Positions 62,861-64,000 of a stretch of 64,000 nt of DNA are shown here, piece after piece. The notes beneath the pieces were generated by a model, which saw nothing but the letters and a program-made list of their open reading frames with translations, was not told the origin of the DNA and made no database searches. Position numbers and translations under genes: made by a program. The stretch spans positions 744,001 to 808,000 of the forward strand of contig JAUFOQ010000016.1 of the NCBI GenBank assembly GCA_040285855.1. Direction: 5' to 3'. Positions within the stretch are counted from its first letter, which is position 1. Every line of letters starts with the position of its first letter. The DNA is from Eukaryota sp. GEM-RC1 (Eukaryota).

Positions 62861-64000
62861 TGTTTTGAAAAGTGGGATGTCACTACATGTAGATGTACTT
62901 TTGAATTCTTCATGGTTGTTTCTATCATCTATAAGTGTTTTTGTATTGATTTTGTCTCTTTTGTTAATTAACCGTTCGCATTGTTGAGGCTGAAGCACCC
63001 TGAGCCCACCAACATTATTTGTTTTTTTTGTTCTGTTTTAATTTAAAGTTTTGTTTGCTCGACCATTGAACTTATTGTTCGCTCCAGTGTTGTATTGTTG
63101 GTGTACTGTGGAAAATCACAATAAATAGTGTGTATTATTGTGGCTTTGTTGTTGATGATCTGTAGTCCAAACAGCTGCATCAAATGGTTTCAATTTGCAG
63201 GTCTACTGGCTTCTTCAATTATGTCTTACATTGTTGTACTACTCTAGCCTAGTTTTCTACTAGTACTACAGTAGTTTGGTGGAGCAACGACCTTAGCATA
63301 CTCTGAACACGGTATTTGTTTTTTAAGAAATTGCTGTCGATTAAGATAGTAGATTTTGTTTTACTGAAGAAGTCGTAGGGTTGTAACGTGTGTACTATCT
63401 AGTAACAGTTAGAGCACTACAGTATTTGTGTTCTTCTTCATAAATGCAATCTACAGTCCGTGATATTGTTTAAGGATCTAAATATTAGTATTCTGCTCAC
63501 TCCTCTAGTACTGTAGTGAACAGGAATGACTTTGTGTTAGGGTTCGCAAATACACAGTGTGGCAAATTCACTGTCAGTGTGACACACATCTGATCACACA
63601 GATTGTGTGTTATTTTTTGTAATTAAATGTTTTTCCTTAATAAAAGTCATAAGATTGAAGATAGCAGAGACATCAATAGTTGCAGTATGTATTCAACATA
63701 ATTTGAAAGCTTGTACAAGGTATCATGCAATTTGGAGATAAACTTTTGACTATTTCAGTTAAAAGGCATGGATCTTAACACACACAACATAAACGACTAA
63801 CTTAAAAACATGGTGTGGCAAAACAGTCACTCTACTTTTCGTGATACCTAGCACAACTATCCTCCCAATGATCCAACATGTTCAGAAATGCTCTATGGTC
63901 ATTTGGTCCATCCAAGTTTTTCTACAATTAATCTTAGACTACTGTATATGCCACTAATGATTTCTAAAGCGTCCTAAAATGTTCCTATGATTTCTAATTC

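Noticed and set aside
62861..64000. Genes or RNA genes in the terminal 1.1 kb
   Set aside because: No convincing ORF, tRNA or rRNA signature

Overview
AT-rich, gene-dense eukaryotic DNA, inferred to come from a flagellated protist with a compact genome: standard genetic code, 28-32 nt GT-AG introns, and head-to-head genes with only 23-53 bp between start codons. Host genes: zf-PARP/BTB/TLDc protein, U-box/TPR E3 ligase, lipin, a large RI-like LRR protein, ODA-DC2/CCDC114-like protein, centrin, WASH1, Cu(+) P1B-ATPase, a secreted Cys-rich protein, an hSac2-domain protein, GH20 beta-hexosaminidase, a TBC1D22-like RabGAP, a propeller/BTB protein, SERINC, and a ~1,830-aa tandem-repeat coiled-coil protein. 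Intergenic DNA is packed with mobile elements: the 3' end of a Ty3/gypsy element, eight hAT-type elements delimited by TIRs and 8-bp TSDs, a CACC-ended MITE family, and CRE/R2-like non-LTR remnants. The standout is a decayed locus at ~41.2-44.6 kb. It holds a Ulp1/SENP8-like protease remnant, then a family-B DNA polymerase 3'-5' exonuclease domain that reads in frame into a full-length Fanzor (eukaryotic TnpB-derived, RNA-guided RuvC nuclease). This suggests a multi-domain exonuclease-Fanzor fusion. Many host ORFs are split by indels at homopolymer runs, most likely assembly errors. All family calls come from motif recognition by eye; no searches were run.
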